Part shown: in pieces, positions 27,289 to 37,558 of the stretch
Layout of the letters: each line of letters starts with the position of its first letter
Position numbering within the stretch: the stretch's first letter is position 1
Source of the DNA: Armatimonadota bacterium
GTDB lineage: Bacteria > Armatimonadota > HRBIN16
DNA length: 64,000 nt
NCBI GenBank assembly: GCA_963677485.1
Contig: OY781964.1
Span: 1,792,001 to 1,856,000, forward strand
Reading direction: 5' to 3'
The notes under the pieces: model-generated
Databases searched by the model: none
The model's input: the letters and a program-made list of their open reading frames with translations, nothing else
Told to the model about the DNA's origin: nothing
Position numbers and translations under genes: made by a program

Positions 27289-28737
27289 CTATTTCCCATA
27301 TCGGGCCAGGTTGGCCTGTGCATCTGAGTAGTCAGGTTTCACCTGAAGTGCCTTGCGGAAAAGCTGTTTCGCCTCATCGTTACGGTTCTGCTTCTCGCGG
27401 ATGACCCCCAGATTGTTATATGGGTATGGATACTTCGGGTCGGCTTGAATCGCCTTTTCAAAGCTGCTGGCCGATTCGGTGAGCTTGCCTAACTTCTCGT
27501 AGACCAAACCCAGACCGTTTAATGCCTCTGCACTTTTCGGCTCCTTGGCGATCACTGCAAGATAATGCTTCTCAGCATCTACCGCACGTCCCTGTTGAAT
27601 CAGCAGCGCACCAAGTGCGTTTCGTGCCCGTAGATGAGCGGGGTTAGCGGCCACCAACTGGTTCAGCGTCTGAATGGAATCCTCTGTGCGTCCCAGTTCC
27701 AGCAGCACAAGACTGAGCTGCCATAAGGCGTCCGCGTCTTTGGCATCCTTCACCAGCAGCTTGCGATAATGTCCCTCGCTTAGCTTGAAATCCTTCCTGG
27801 CTTGTGCAATCACTGCCGCCGCGCGGGTCGCACTGATGCTGTCCGGCTTCACAACCAGCGCCGCGTCTATCGCCTTCTGCGCATCTTCGTAGCGAGCCAG
27901 ACGGTAACACACGCTGGCCAGGTTGAACTGGGCCTCAAAGCTTCCAGGGCTGACAGCCACTGCACGCTCCAGGTTCTTGATGGCCTCATTCAAGCTGTTG
28001 TTTTGGACAGCGATATTGGCTGTACCGATGAGGGCGGTCAGGCTGTTTGGGTCAAGCTTCAGTGCGGTGCTGAAAGCCTTCTGAGCCTCTGTGGTCTTCT
28101 TGGCCCCCAGCAGCGCGTTGCCATAGTTCGCCCAGTAGACGGAAGTGGACGGTGCCAGCTTGGTAGCTTTGACACCGGCATTTGCAGCAGAAGTCCAATC
28201 TTTACTGCGCTGGGTCAGCGTGTTGATATAGTCCCAGGCACTCGCATCGCGTGGATTCAACGCCACGGCGGCTTTGAAGCTGACGAGTGCATCGGTCATC
28301 TTGTTCAAACGCACCTGAAGCACACCCATGCTGTAGACCGCAGCGGAATCTTTTGGGTTCAGTTTGGCTGCATTCTGGTAAGCCTGCAACGCCTCAGCGG
28401 GACGGTCTGCCTGATCGAGCGCAGCCCCAAGATTGAGGCATATCTGCGTATTTTTCGGGAACTTCTTGTTGGCGTCCTGCAGCACACTGACCGCGGCAGA
28501 AGCATTACCGCTCTTCAGATAGGTATATCCCAGCCAGCTCAAGGTGGCTTCATGAGATGGGCTCTTTTGGCGTCCCTCTTCAAGCAGGCTGATCGCCGAG
28601 GCGGTCTTTCCCGCGTTGAGTGCCGTTACGGCTTCGGCCACCAGTCTATCCGCCGCGGCGGTATCGATCGGTGCCGCCAGGCAGTGCATGGTGCACAGTA
28701 TCGGAAGTATGAATGTTAGCGTGTAGATGCGTTTCAA
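27289..28737 (-). CDS. exported tetratricopeptide-repeat protein
   Basis: Signal peptide followed by many NLG/A..L.P TPR units. Confidence 0.9.
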   Translation of the reverse strand: MKRIYTLTFILPILCTMHCLAAPIDTAAADRLVAEAVTALNAGKTASAISLLEEGRQKSPSHEATLSWLGYTYLKSGNASAAVSVLQDANKKFPKNTQICLNLGAALDQADRPAEALQAYQNAAKLNPKDSAAVYSMGVLQVRLNKMTDALVSFKAAVALNPRDASAWDYINTLTQRSKDWTSAANAGVKATKLAPSTSVYWANYGNALLGAKKTTEAQKAFSTALKLDPNSLTALIGTANIAVQNNSLNEAIKNLERAVAVSPGSFEAQFNLASVCYRLARYEDAQKAIDAALVVKPDSISATRAAAVIAQARKDFKLSEGHYRKLLVKDAKDADALWQLSLVLLELGRTEDSIQTLNQLVAANPAHLRARNALGALLIQQGRAVDAEKHYLAVIAKEPKSAEALNGLGLVYEKLGKLTESASSFEKAIQADPKYPYPYNNLGVIREKQNRNDEAKQLFRKALQVKPDYSDAQANLARYGK

Positions 28738-28883
28738 AGGTCACCTCTTAACGTGGGCTCTGCGATTGTATACTGGTTCGATTATAGCAGAAGGCAGGCC
28801 GCACCATCATATCTGACGGTTTCCAGCCTGCCACCATTACAAGAGGGCTTGTGAACGAGCCGTAATCTGGGCGTATTTCGCGA

Positions 28884-28917
28884 GGCTGGCCACGCTATTC
28901 TCCACAGCGTGGCCAGC
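28884..28917. terminator. hairpin downstream of the fibre-like gene array
   Basis: GCTGGCCACGCT/AGCGTGGCCAGC 12-bp stem. Confidence 0.55.
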
Positions 28918-28927
28918 TCACATTGGG

Positions 28928-31168
28928 TTATTGGCCTAGTATATTAGGCACGAACAGCACGCGAAGTGTGCTGCCTCTGTGCCAGAAGGACGAATCAGAG
29001 CTTGAATCATAGTCACCCTCCAATTGAAATGTGATGACTTGTCCCATATTTGCTGGTTGGTTCCAGTTGATAACTACTTGCTGTTCGATTCGTATGAAAT
29101 TCGCGAGGTAGGCATAACAGTTTCGAAGAAGTATCTTATTGCCCGAATTGGTTGCATCATAGAGGTTCAGGTGGAACTCCGATGGTGTATGAACCGAGGC
29201 ATCGGTGCCGTAGTCGAAGGTAGCATCGACGATGAAATACCCATTTGATGGTGCCTTCACCGTGGCGGTCTCCAGGTATTTCACATCTCCGGGGTTCCAG
29301 GAGGTATATCCACCGTGAAAGTAGAAGCAGACTGCCGGCAGGTTTTTGGCAGACAGATTACCCGCCATCGACATATTACCGCCTACATCAATGTTGGCCA
29401 TTTCTCCGCCTGTGCCGCCGAACACGGCGATCTTGCCAGTGCCGAAGTTGCTGACGTTCAATACCCCATCTACGCTCTTGCCCGACCCGCCCAATCGCAA
29501 TGCTGGCGAGCTGTTGTCGGTGTCATTCGTATTTTCGATGTATGCCAGGGGAAGGGAGTAACCGCCATTTCTGGATCCCCTCACATGCAACTTATATTGG
29601 GGTGGGTTGATGCCTATCCCTACATCACCGGATTGTGTGATGCTCAGCCGCGGGGTGAAGTTGGTAGCCAGATCGATCCCGTACTGGTTACCCCCAGTCG
29701 TCCGTTTGCTGAAGATACCCTCACCTGATGATGTACCAAATCGGATACCACCTGCTGTGAGGTCACCGTTATTGGCGTTTCCGGGATCTACGTTTAGGTT
29801 CAGGGTACTGATGGTACCGCTGGCCGTCAGATCGGTGAACGAGCTACCAAGCGGCTTCCAGGTGCCGACACCAACCGAGTTGCTGCTTAATATGTAGCCA
29901 TTACTTGCACCTGTAGTCATCTTGAAGCCGCCTATTTGTGCCTGGCCGTCGACCAGCAACATAGGGCCTTTTTGGGTGCCAGCGATGTGCAGTGTGGGCA
30001 CTATGGAATTTGCGTTGTCGATACCCAGCACCATCGCTTTACCGGTGCCTTGATTAATCAAGCTAAATAGGTCGCTGGCATTGGATGTTGTGTTTGTATA
30101 CGGCAGGGCCAGTCCGTCCTTTCGCCAGCTTGCACTACCAGCGGCGTCGGAGCCCAACACATAACCGTTCGTCGCGCCGGTGGCCATCTTGAACCCGTTG
30201 GTCTGGATGACACCTTCGAACAGGCCGGCTAGTCCGGTTCCTGGTGTGGCTTTGATGGCAGGTCCGCTGCCTGTGGTCTTCGCAAGTATGCTGGGCGCGG
30301 TGCTGGTGGCTTTGACAACGTCAAATACCCCGGCTGACCCGCTGCCGGTGGTGTGAGAAGTAAGGTTGTCGGTGCTCCCTGCCACGCTGTCGAAATAGGC
30401 TGCACCGCCGGTGGCCTTGTTGTTGACCACCAGCGAGGTGGCAGAAGACGTTCCGGTGGATTCAAATGTGCCAGCAGTGCCGCCAGCGGTCGCACTTCCA
30501 TATACTCCATTCCCAGTGCTACTGGTGGTGCCGTAGACACCGCTGCCTCCGCCGCTGGTGGTGCCATATACAGCGTTGCGGCTGCCGGACGTGGAAGCAT
30601 GTAACGCGTTGCCTGTGCCGTTGGTGTTGGCCAGCAGAGCCGCGGTGGAGTTAGCAGCGTTGTTGATGACGAAAGTGCCAGCCCAGCCGGTGCCTGAATT
30701 CACTGCCGATATGGCTGACCCTGCCCCGGTATTAGTGAGGGTCAACAAAGGATTCGCATTTGATATCGAAGCCACTGCTGGCCAGAGCAGTTCCACCGCT
30801 TTCAAGGCATATGGTACGGCTCCTAAGCCGATTCGCGGCATGGGGGTGTCGGTGCCCATCTGCACCTGCAGGAAAGTGTTCGCCGTAGGAAGTGCTGCCG
30901 AAGGAACTGGCCCAATGGAAGCTGTAAATAGCCCCTTGTTAAGGGCGACAGTCTTGTTACCGCTGCCCCAAAGCTGGTTTCCCCCTGTTACGGCATCCCA
31001 GATGCTGAATATCATCTGGTAGTTGCCGTTGGGCAGTGGGGTTCCAGCGGTGTCGGTCAGCCTGCCCTGGTAGTTGAAGCTGCTGGGCAGTGTCTGTGCG
31101 ACGGTGATGGAGACCATCGTCAATCCAAGTAATACTATAACCGTCGCGATCAGAATAGTGCATTTCAT
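28928..31168 (-). CDS. secreted fibre/adhesin-like protein, paralog 3
   Basis: Signal peptide, FNYQGRLTD N-domain, G/A/T/N-rich repeats, GDVGIG motif, ends LRVLFVPN. Confidence 0.75.
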   Translation of the reverse strand: MKCTILIATVIVLLGLTMVSITVAQTLPSSFNYQGRLTDTAGTPLPNGNYQMIFSIWDAVTGGNQLWGSGNKTVALNKGLFTASIGPVPSAALPTANTFLQVQMGTDTPMPRIGLGAVPYALKAVELLWPAVASISNANPLLTLTNTGAGSAISAVNSGTGWAGTFVINNAANSTAALLANTNGTGNALHASTSGSRNAVYGTTSGGGSGVYGTTSSTGNGVYGSATAGGTAGTFESTGTSSATSLVVNNKATGGAAYFDSVAGSTDNLTSHTTGSGSAGVFDVVKATSTAPSILAKTTGSGPAIKATPGTGLAGLFEGVIQTNGFKMATGATNGYVLGSDAAGSASWRKDGLALPYTNTTSNASDLFSLINQGTGKAMVLGIDNANSIVPTLHIAGTQKGPMLLVDGQAQIGGFKMTTGASNGYILSSNSVGVGTWKPLGSSFTDLTASGTISTLNLNVDPGNANNGDLTAGGIRFGTSSGEGIFSKRTTGGNQYGIDLATNFTPRLSITQSGDVGIGINPPQYKLHVRGSRNGGYSLPLAYIENTNDTDNSSPALRLGGSGKSVDGVLNVSNFGTGKIAVFGGTGGEMANIDVGGNMSMAGNLSAKNLPAVCFYFHGGYTSWNPGDVKYLETATVKAPSNGYFIVDATFDYGTDASVHTPSEFHLNLYDATNSGNKILLRNCYAYLANFIRIEQQVVINWNQPANMGQVITFQLEGDYDSSSDSSFWHRGSTLRVLFVPNILGQ

Positions 31169-31260
31169 ATGGGTTCCTCCCATGAGATAGCCTTGCAGGG
31201 CATATCACCAGTTGTCAGTATGTCTCGTATTTACGGCATAATATCAATCGTGTTGACCTA

Positions 31261-33474
31261 TTACGGTGTCAACTGGTTGGGCACAAACAGCACGCGCAGT
31301 GAGCTTCTGTTGTGATGGAATGTGTACGGATTGGAGCTGCTGATCAGCTCTCCCTCGAGTTGGAAGGTCACAGACTGTCCTTTGTTGACTGGATACACCC
31401 AGTTTACTGTCTGACTGATTTCGTTTACTATATTAGTGCTGGTGGCAGTGAGGGTAAAAAGATACGCGGTTGATTCCAGGTAGATTTTGTTGCCACTGTT
31501 TGTGGCATCGTATAGAGTCAGGTAATACTTAGCATTATCGTATGCGGGCGTGAGGCCGGCTCGGACGGTGACCGCTCCATCCAGCACGAAATATCCGTTT
31601 GCTGGGGCTTTCACAGGAATAGTTTCAAGATACTTCACATCACCGTGATTCCAGGAGATGTCGTCCCTGTGATTGGAAAAGGCCACCGCGGGCATGTTTT
31701 GGATCGCCAGGCTGCCGCCTACTGTGACGTTCCCTGCTACCGTCAGGTTGCCGCTGGTGTCGATATTGGCTACCTCTCCGCCTGTTCCGCCGAACACAGC
31801 CACTTTGCCCGTGCCGAAGTTGCTGATGTTCAGCACACCATCGACACTGTTGCCAGACCCGCCCAGCCGTAAAGCCGGTGCGCTGTTGCCGGTGCTGTTG
31901 GTGTTTTCTATGTACGACATTGGAGTGGAATACCCGCCCGTTTGCAAACCTTTCACATGGAGCTTGTGTGCCGGTACATTGGTACCGATACCCACGTTAC
32001 CCGCCCCAGTGATGACCAGCCGCGATGTGAAGTTGGTGGCAAGCTCCAGTCCGTACTGGTTGCCCCCCGCCGTGCGTTTGCTGAAGATACCCTCGCCAGA
32101 TGCTGTGCCTAACCTGATGGCACCACTGATCACAGTTCCAGTATTAGTGTTGTTCGGATCGACATTCAGACTTAGCGCACTGAGACTCCCGGTGACGGAA
32201 AGATCACTGAACGTGTTATCTATGCGCTGCCAAGTGCCTATGCCGTTGATGTCGCTCTTCAGAATATAGCCGTTGTTGGCCCCGGTAGCCATTCGGAAAC
32301 CGCCCACTATCGCCTGGCCATCGACTAGCAATCCAGGCCCCTTGTGGTTCCCTGTCACATGCAGCGTTGGAGCCGTGGAGTTGGCATTGTCTATCCCCAG
32401 CCACATGGTCTTGCCTGTGCCGCGGTTTAACAGCTTGAAGGTTTCATCTGTTGTGGTGGCGGTGACATTGTATGGAAGAGTCAGCCCGTCACGCCGCCAT
32501 GAAGCGATACCTGCGGCATCGCTGCCCAGCACATAGCCGTTCGTGGCTCCGATGGGGAGTTTCAACGAATCGGCTTGCAGGGCTCCCTCAAACAGCCCCG
32601 CCAGACCGGTGCCAGGTGTAGCCTTTATGGCAGGACCGCTACCTGTTGTGGTAGCCAAGACGCTGGGCTGGGTGTTCGCTGCATTGACGATCTCAAAATG
32701 GCCCGCAGCCCCTCTGCCTGTGGTATGTGACGCCAATGCACTGGCGGCTCCCCCCACGGTGTCGAAATACGCTGCAGAGCCGTTGGCTTTATTCTTCACC
32801 ACCATAGTCGTAAAGTCTGTGCTGCCGGTAGTTTCAAACTTGCCGGCGAAACCACTGCCTGTAGCCAGACCGTATACAGCGGTGCCAGTGCCGTCTGCGG
32901 AAGCTTGTATCGCAAGACCCCCGCCGTTCGTACTAACGAATAGAGCACTGTTGTTGTTGGCTGCGTTTTTAATTTGAAAAACACCGGCTGCACCGTTGCC
33001 AGTATTAATCGCCATGATCGCAGCTCCTGCTCCCGAGTTTGTGAGGGACAGCACAGGGCTTCCACTTGATATCGAGGCCACAGCAGGCCACAGTAACTCC
33101 ACCGCCCTGAGGGCATACGGCACCGCACCAAGTGCGATGCGTGGCATGGGCGTATCGGTGCCCAACTGCACCTGCAGGAACACGTTCGCAGCCGGAAGTG
33201 CTGCCGAAGGAACTGGCCCAATGGAGGCGGTGAATAGCCCTTTGCTTAATGCGATTGTCTTGTTGCCGCTGCCCCAAAGCTGGTTTCCCCCTGTTACAGC
33301 ATCCCAGATACTGAATACCATCTGGTAGTTCCCATTCGGCATGGGGGTGCCGGCGGTGTCGGTCAGTCTGCCCTGGTAGTTGAAGCTGCTGGGCAGCGTC
33401 TGCGCGTGCAAAGATGGAGATAGAACGGAGCCTATCATAAATAATGCAACCCAGAGTGTCATGTATTGTTTCAT
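31261..33474 (-). CDS. secreted fibre/adhesin-like protein, paralog 2
   Basis: Same architecture; GNVGIGT motif. Confidence 0.75.
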   Translation of the reverse strand: MKQYMTLWVALFMIGSVLSPSLHAQTLPSSFNYQGRLTDTAGTPMPNGNYQMVFSIWDAVTGGNQLWGSGNKTIALSKGLFTASIGPVPSAALPAANVFLQVQLGTDTPMPRIALGAVPYALRAVELLWPAVASISSGSPVLSLTNSGAGAAIMAINTGNGAAGVFQIKNAANNNSALFVSTNGGGLAIQASADGTGTAVYGLATGSGFAGKFETTGSTDFTTMVVKNKANGSAAYFDTVGGAASALASHTTGRGAAGHFEIVNAANTQPSVLATTTGSGPAIKATPGTGLAGLFEGALQADSLKLPIGATNGYVLGSDAAGIASWRRDGLTLPYNVTATTTDETFKLLNRGTGKTMWLGIDNANSTAPTLHVTGNHKGPGLLVDGQAIVGGFRMATGANNGYILKSDINGIGTWQRIDNTFSDLSVTGSLSALSLNVDPNNTNTGTVISGAIRLGTASGEGIFSKRTAGGNQYGLELATNFTSRLVITGAGNVGIGTNVPAHKLHVKGLQTGGYSTPMSYIENTNSTGNSAPALRLGGSGNSVDGVLNISNFGTGKVAVFGGTGGEVANIDTSGNLTVAGNVTVGGSLAIQNMPAVAFSNHRDDISWNHGDVKYLETIPVKAPANGYFVLDGAVTVRAGLTPAYDNAKYYLTLYDATNSGNKIYLESTAYLFTLTATSTNIVNEISQTVNWVYPVNKGQSVTFQLEGELISSSNPYTFHHNRSSLRVLFVPNQLTP

Positions 33475-33516
33475 GCTATCGCTCCTGTTGTGTCGACGCG
33501 CTCACGGTTCCGCTGG

Positions 33517-35433
33517 CTACAACCCCGTTGGTACGAACAGCACTCTCAGGGATGTTTCACGGCTTGTTAAGCAGTTAGCTGTTGCACCAGAGGAGTATTG
33601 GCCGCGCAAGTAAAATGTGATTGTTTGTCCTTTTGTGACTGGATAGGAGTAAAAAACCGTCAAATCCTGGTTCATCCTGGTGCCCCTGTCTTGAAAAAGA
33701 TAGGATCGCTTCAACGATGTGACACTGCCGTTTTCAATCTGGCCGTAGAGGTAGAAAGAAAATTCTGCAGGGTAATTCACTAAAGTATTGACAGCCACTT
33801 GCATGGCACCATCGATTATGAACTCGCCTGCAGAAGGTGCCTGGACGGTCATGGTCTGAATATCTTTCACTTCACCCACCGCCCATGTAGTGTAGCTATT
33901 TGTATAGCCATACTTCACGAAAGTGTGATTATTCACGACCAGATTTCCGTCAGTGTCGATGCAAGCCACTTCCGCGTTGCTGTTTCGGAATGAAGCGATC
34001 TTTCCAGTGCCGGTGTTCATCACATTCAACACGCCGTTTGGATTGGAACCTGATCCGCCGACCTTCAACGCTGGGGCGGTATCACCTCCACTGTTGGTGT
34101 TGTTGATGAAAGCCATAGGGGTAGTGTGATCACCTGACAGGCTGTCTTCCATGTGAAGCATGTATAAAGGCATCTTTGTTCTAATGCCCACATTTCCGGT
34201 GTTCGTGATGCTGATGCGGGGCTCATAATATGTGGTGATGTCCAGCCCATTCTGGTTTCCGCCGGGGGTCCGTTTGCTGAATATCCCCTCGCCGGAGTTA
34301 CCACCAAATGACAAACCACCTTCGATCAGCATACCATCGTTGACGCTGTTCGCATCGGCGACCACATAGCGAGCACTCAGTCTGTTGGTCAGGGTGAGGT
34401 CGGTGAGAAGGTCTGCACGATTCCAAGTGGCATTTCCGTGTCCGTCGCTCTTCAGCACATATCCTGAGGCTGCGCCTGTGGGCATCGTCAGGCCAGTAAG
34501 CTCTACAGTGCCCTGGAACAGCCCTGCCAAACCTGTGCCTGCACTCGCTTTTAGTGCCGGGCCGCTGCCTGCGGTTGTCGTGATCAGACTGGGTAGACTG
34601 TTTGTGGCGGTATAGGATTCAAAAGAGCCAGCACTACCTGAGGCAAAGTTCCGCGAGACCAGACTGGTTCCAGTTCCGGCTGAGGCCTCAAAATAGCCGG
34701 CGTTGCCAGAAACTGTGTTGAGCGCCAGCAGCGTAGGCTTCACGGTCGTTCCTGTGGTGACGAACATCCCGGCATTGCCATTACCGGTCGCCTTGCCCTC
34801 AATCGCATAGCCTGTTCCAGAGGTTTGTCCAAAAACGGCGATGCTTCCGCCGGAAGTCGATGCTTCCACAGCATTGCCTGTGCCGTTGGTTCTGGCTATC
34901 AGAGCCGAACCGGCACTAGCCGGATTCGCTATTTCGAAGAATCCACCGTTCCCGGTGCCGGTGTTCTGCACTTTCAAGCCATATCCACTACCGGAGTTTA
35001 CAATCGACAGAACCGGGTTGGTATTTGAAATTGAAGCGATGGCCGGCCAGAACAGTTCCACAGCTTTGAGCGCATATGGAACGGCTCCTAATGCGATACG
35101 AGGCATGGGTGTATCTATGCCCATCTGCACCTGCAGGAACACATTCGCAGCCGGAAGTGCCGCCGAAGGAACTGGCCCAATGGAGGCGGTGAATAGCCCT
35201 TTGCTCAATGCCACCGTCTTGTTACCGCTGCCCCAAAGTTGGTTCCCGCCAGCCACTGCGTCCCAGATACTGAATATCATCTGGTAGTTGCCGTTGGGCA
35301 GCGGGGTACCCGCTGTGTCGGTCAGCCTGCCCTGATAGTTGAAGCTGCTGGGCAGGGTCTGAGCGTGAAGAGAACTCACAACCATAGGCCAAAGGACGAA
35401 AAGAGCAGTTCCGATTTGCAAAAGGTGCTTCAC
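33517..35433 (-). CDS. secreted fibre/adhesin-like protein, paralog 1
   Basis: Same architecture with a shorter shaft. Confidence 0.75.
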   Translation of the reverse strand: MKHLLQIGTALFVLWPMVVSSLHAQTLPSSFNYQGRLTDTAGTPLPNGNYQMIFSIWDAVAGGNQLWGSGNKTVALSKGLFTASIGPVPSAALPAANVFLQVQMGIDTPMPRIALGAVPYALKAVELFWPAIASISNTNPVLSIVNSGSGYGLKVQNTGTGNGGFFEIANPASAGSALIARTNGTGNAVEASTSGGSIAVFGQTSGTGYAIEGKATGNGNAGMFVTTGTTVKPTLLALNTVSGNAGYFEASAGTGTSLVSRNFASGSAGSFESYTATNSLPSLITTTAGSGPALKASAGTGLAGLFQGTVELTGLTMPTGAASGYVLKSDGHGNATWNRADLLTDLTLTNRLSARYVVADANSVNDGMLIEGGLSFGGNSGEGIFSKRTPGGNQNGLDITTYYEPRISITNTGNVGIRTKMPLYMLHMEDSLSGDHTTPMAFINNTNSGGDTAPALKVGGSGSNPNGVLNVMNTGTGKIASFRNSNAEVACIDTDGNLVVNNHTFVKYGYTNSYTTWAVGEVKDIQTMTVQAPSAGEFIIDGAMQVAVNTLVNYPAEFSFYLYGQIENGSVTSLKRSYLFQDRGTRMNQDLTVFYSYPVTKGQTITFYLRGQYSSGATANCLTSRETSLRVLFVPTGL

Positions 35434-35471
35434 AGATATGCCTCCATACCAGTTACAACGGCGTTGTTATT

Positions 35472-36134
35472 CTAGTTGTCGCCTTGAGAACCAAAGAACA
35501 TGTCGATGATCACGTAGTCGAACAGCGTGACATAACCGTCCATATCCAGATCGGCCATGGGAACATTGGTCTTGCCGAAGTTGATGTCAAGTTGAACGAA
35601 GTCAAAAAGGTTGACCTGGTTGTCTCCGTCTGCATCACCGTTGGCTAGCTGCACATTGACTCCTGGCAGTTCACCATACAAGTCTACTGTTTGCGCCTTA
35701 CGCAGCCAGTGCGGAGCTTGGAACAAAATGTTGTAGTTGCCATCGTCTGGTATCTCCAGCGCATACTGGCCTTGCGCGCCCAACGAGAGCGGGATCGTGT
35801 TGACAATCTGCCCGTTTTGGCGTAACACGGCTGTTGCGGCTACCTGTGACGGGCTGCCCAGTATAGACATCAGGTTCACGGTGCCTGAGAGCCGCGACGC
35901 GAACGGCACAGCCAGCAGGAAGCTGCTGCGCATCTGACTGGTGTTGGAGTTCACGATAGAAGCCGCGCCGCCGTCCAGGCTGCTCCAGAGCATCACATTG
36001 CCCTGGGCACTGTAGGAGGCACCTCCGGTGGTGCTGGAGAACGGCAGCAGAGTGGTCTGCGCTTGCAGGAAACTGCTCATGCTGAGTAGAATTGCTAGCA
36101 TGATGTAACGTACTGGTATGTGTGCCATATCCAA
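35472..36134 (-). CDS. exported protein with C-terminal dockerin-like double Ca-binding repeat
   Basis: HWLRK...GDADGDNQVNLFDF...ADLDMDGYVTLFDY; type common in Armatimonadota. Confidence 0.75.
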   Translation of the reverse strand: MDMAHIPVRYIMLAILLSMSSFLQAQTTLLPFSSTTGGASYSAQGNVMLWSSLDGGAASIVNSNTSQMRSSFLLAVPFASRLSGTVNLMSILGSPSQVAATAVLRQNGQIVNTIPLSLGAQGQYALEIPDDGNYNILFQAPHWLRKAQTVDLYGELPGVNVQLANGDADGDNQVNLFDFVQLDINFGKTNVPMADLDMDGYVTLFDYVIIDMFFGSQGDN

Positions 36135-36232
36135 TACCTCGTTTAGAGATTATTCATTATAGCACTTGCAGATGTGTTTAAGTACGATCATTTACATTAT
36201 TTATTACAGAACAAGCATCTGGAGGTATTTAC

Positions 36233-37465
36233 ATGGCCCTGAATGATAGACATGAGCGCACCACAGCCAACCCAACCGCACGCCAACTCGACTACCAGCG
36301 TTTGGAATACGGGCTGTTTGTGCATTACGGTTTAGCAAGCTACTACCCAGACCGTCGCGACTTCGATGACACGAAGATGCAACCCAGTGCATTCCAGCCC
36401 ACACAGTTGGATCCTGAACAGTGGATACAGACCGCTGAGCGAGCGGGGATGAAATATGCCGTGTTTACGGCGAAGCACCACGATGGCTGGTGTAACTGGC
36501 CCAGCAAATATACTAGCTTCTGCATCTCGAACTCCCCCTGGAAAGAGGGCAAAGGAGATCTGGTGGCTGAGTACGTGGAGGCCTGCCGACGGCACAACTT
36601 CTGGATTGGGCTCTACTATTCGCCTTACGACGAGCAGTGTACGGAATATGCTGACGACAAGGCGTATGACGACTACTTCATCAACCAGCTCTCTGAGCTG
36701 CTCAGCAACTACGGCAGGATCGACATCCTCTGGCTTGACGGCTGCCGCCCTGCCAGCGCGATGGCGCACGAATACGACTGGCCGCGGATTTTCGATGCGG
36801 TTTTCGCTCTGCAGCCGGACATTTTGCTGTTCAACACCGACGCGCAGAAAATCCGCTGGGTGGGCAATGAGCGCGGCATCGCGCCCAGCCCCTGCTGGAA
36901 CTGCGAACCCGGTACTGATGGCGGTTTGGTCTGGCTGCCCGCTGAATGCGACTGCAAAATCCGGGACCACTGGTTCTACCGACCTGGGCTGAACGACCTG
37001 AAAAGCGTGGATGAGCTGCTCGGGATGTTTGATTACAGCATCGGCCGAGGCACCAATCTGCTGTTGAATGTGGGGCCTGAACCCTCCGGACTGCTGCCCG
37101 CAGAGGATGTGCAACGGCTGATGGAGCTAAAATCGGCCGTGGATAAGCGACGATCCAAGCCGTTGGGTATTCTAGCCGATGGCGAAAGCAGTGCGGAATG
37201 CTGGCACTGGAAGTCGAGTCTGTGGCCCGCCCCGCTGTTGACTATGGTAGAGCTACAAGAGGAACTGAGCTCCGGTGAGCATGTCATCGGCTGGCGTGTG
37301 GAGCTGTTTGTGGACAACCAATGGATACTGGTGGGTCAGGGCGAAAGCCTGGGAAACAGGGCGATCTGCCGCTTCCCGCCATTCCGCTGCTCGGAGCTGC
37401 GAGTGCTGCTGCAGCAGAACCCCGGCGGCCAGCCGCTTCGCGGCGCGGCTGTTTACGGCGTGTGA
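36233..37465 (+). CDS. alpha-L-fucosidase, GH29
   Basis: GLFVHYG, AKHHDG, GLYYSP, LWLDG, RWVGNERG, SIGRGTNLLLNVGP. Confidence 0.92.
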   Translation: MALNDRHERTTANPTARQLDYQRLEYGLFVHYGLASYYPDRRDFDDTKMQPSAFQPTQLDPEQWIQTAERAGMKYAVFTAKHHDGWCNWPSKYTSFCISNSPWKEGKGDLVAEYVEACRRHNFWIGLYYSPYDEQCTEYADDKAYDDYFINQLSELLSNYGRIDILWLDGCRPASAMAHEYDWPRIFDAVFALQPDILLFNTDAQKIRWVGNERGIAPSPCWNCEPGTDGGLVWLPAECDCKIRDHWFYRPGLNDLKSVDELLGMFDYSIGRGTNLLLNVGPEPSGLLPAEDVQRLMELKSAVDKRRSKPLGILADGESSAECWHWKSSLWPAPLLTMVELQEELSSGEHVIGWRVELFVDNQWILVGQGESLGNRAICRFPPFRCSELRVLLQQNPGGQPLRGAAVYGV

Positions 37466-37558
37466 GGCAAATGGTCGATCAGACCGGCGCGGAAGGTATC
37501 TGCACAGCAAGCGCAGGTGTACCGAGAAACCGCGCCGGTCATTTCGCCCGATGCTTCT

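Noticed and set aside
28928-35433. DGR-diversified or invertase-shuffled fibre tips
   Set aside because: No template repeat, reverse transcriptase, invertase or inverted orphan tips; all three genes are complete and co-oriented.
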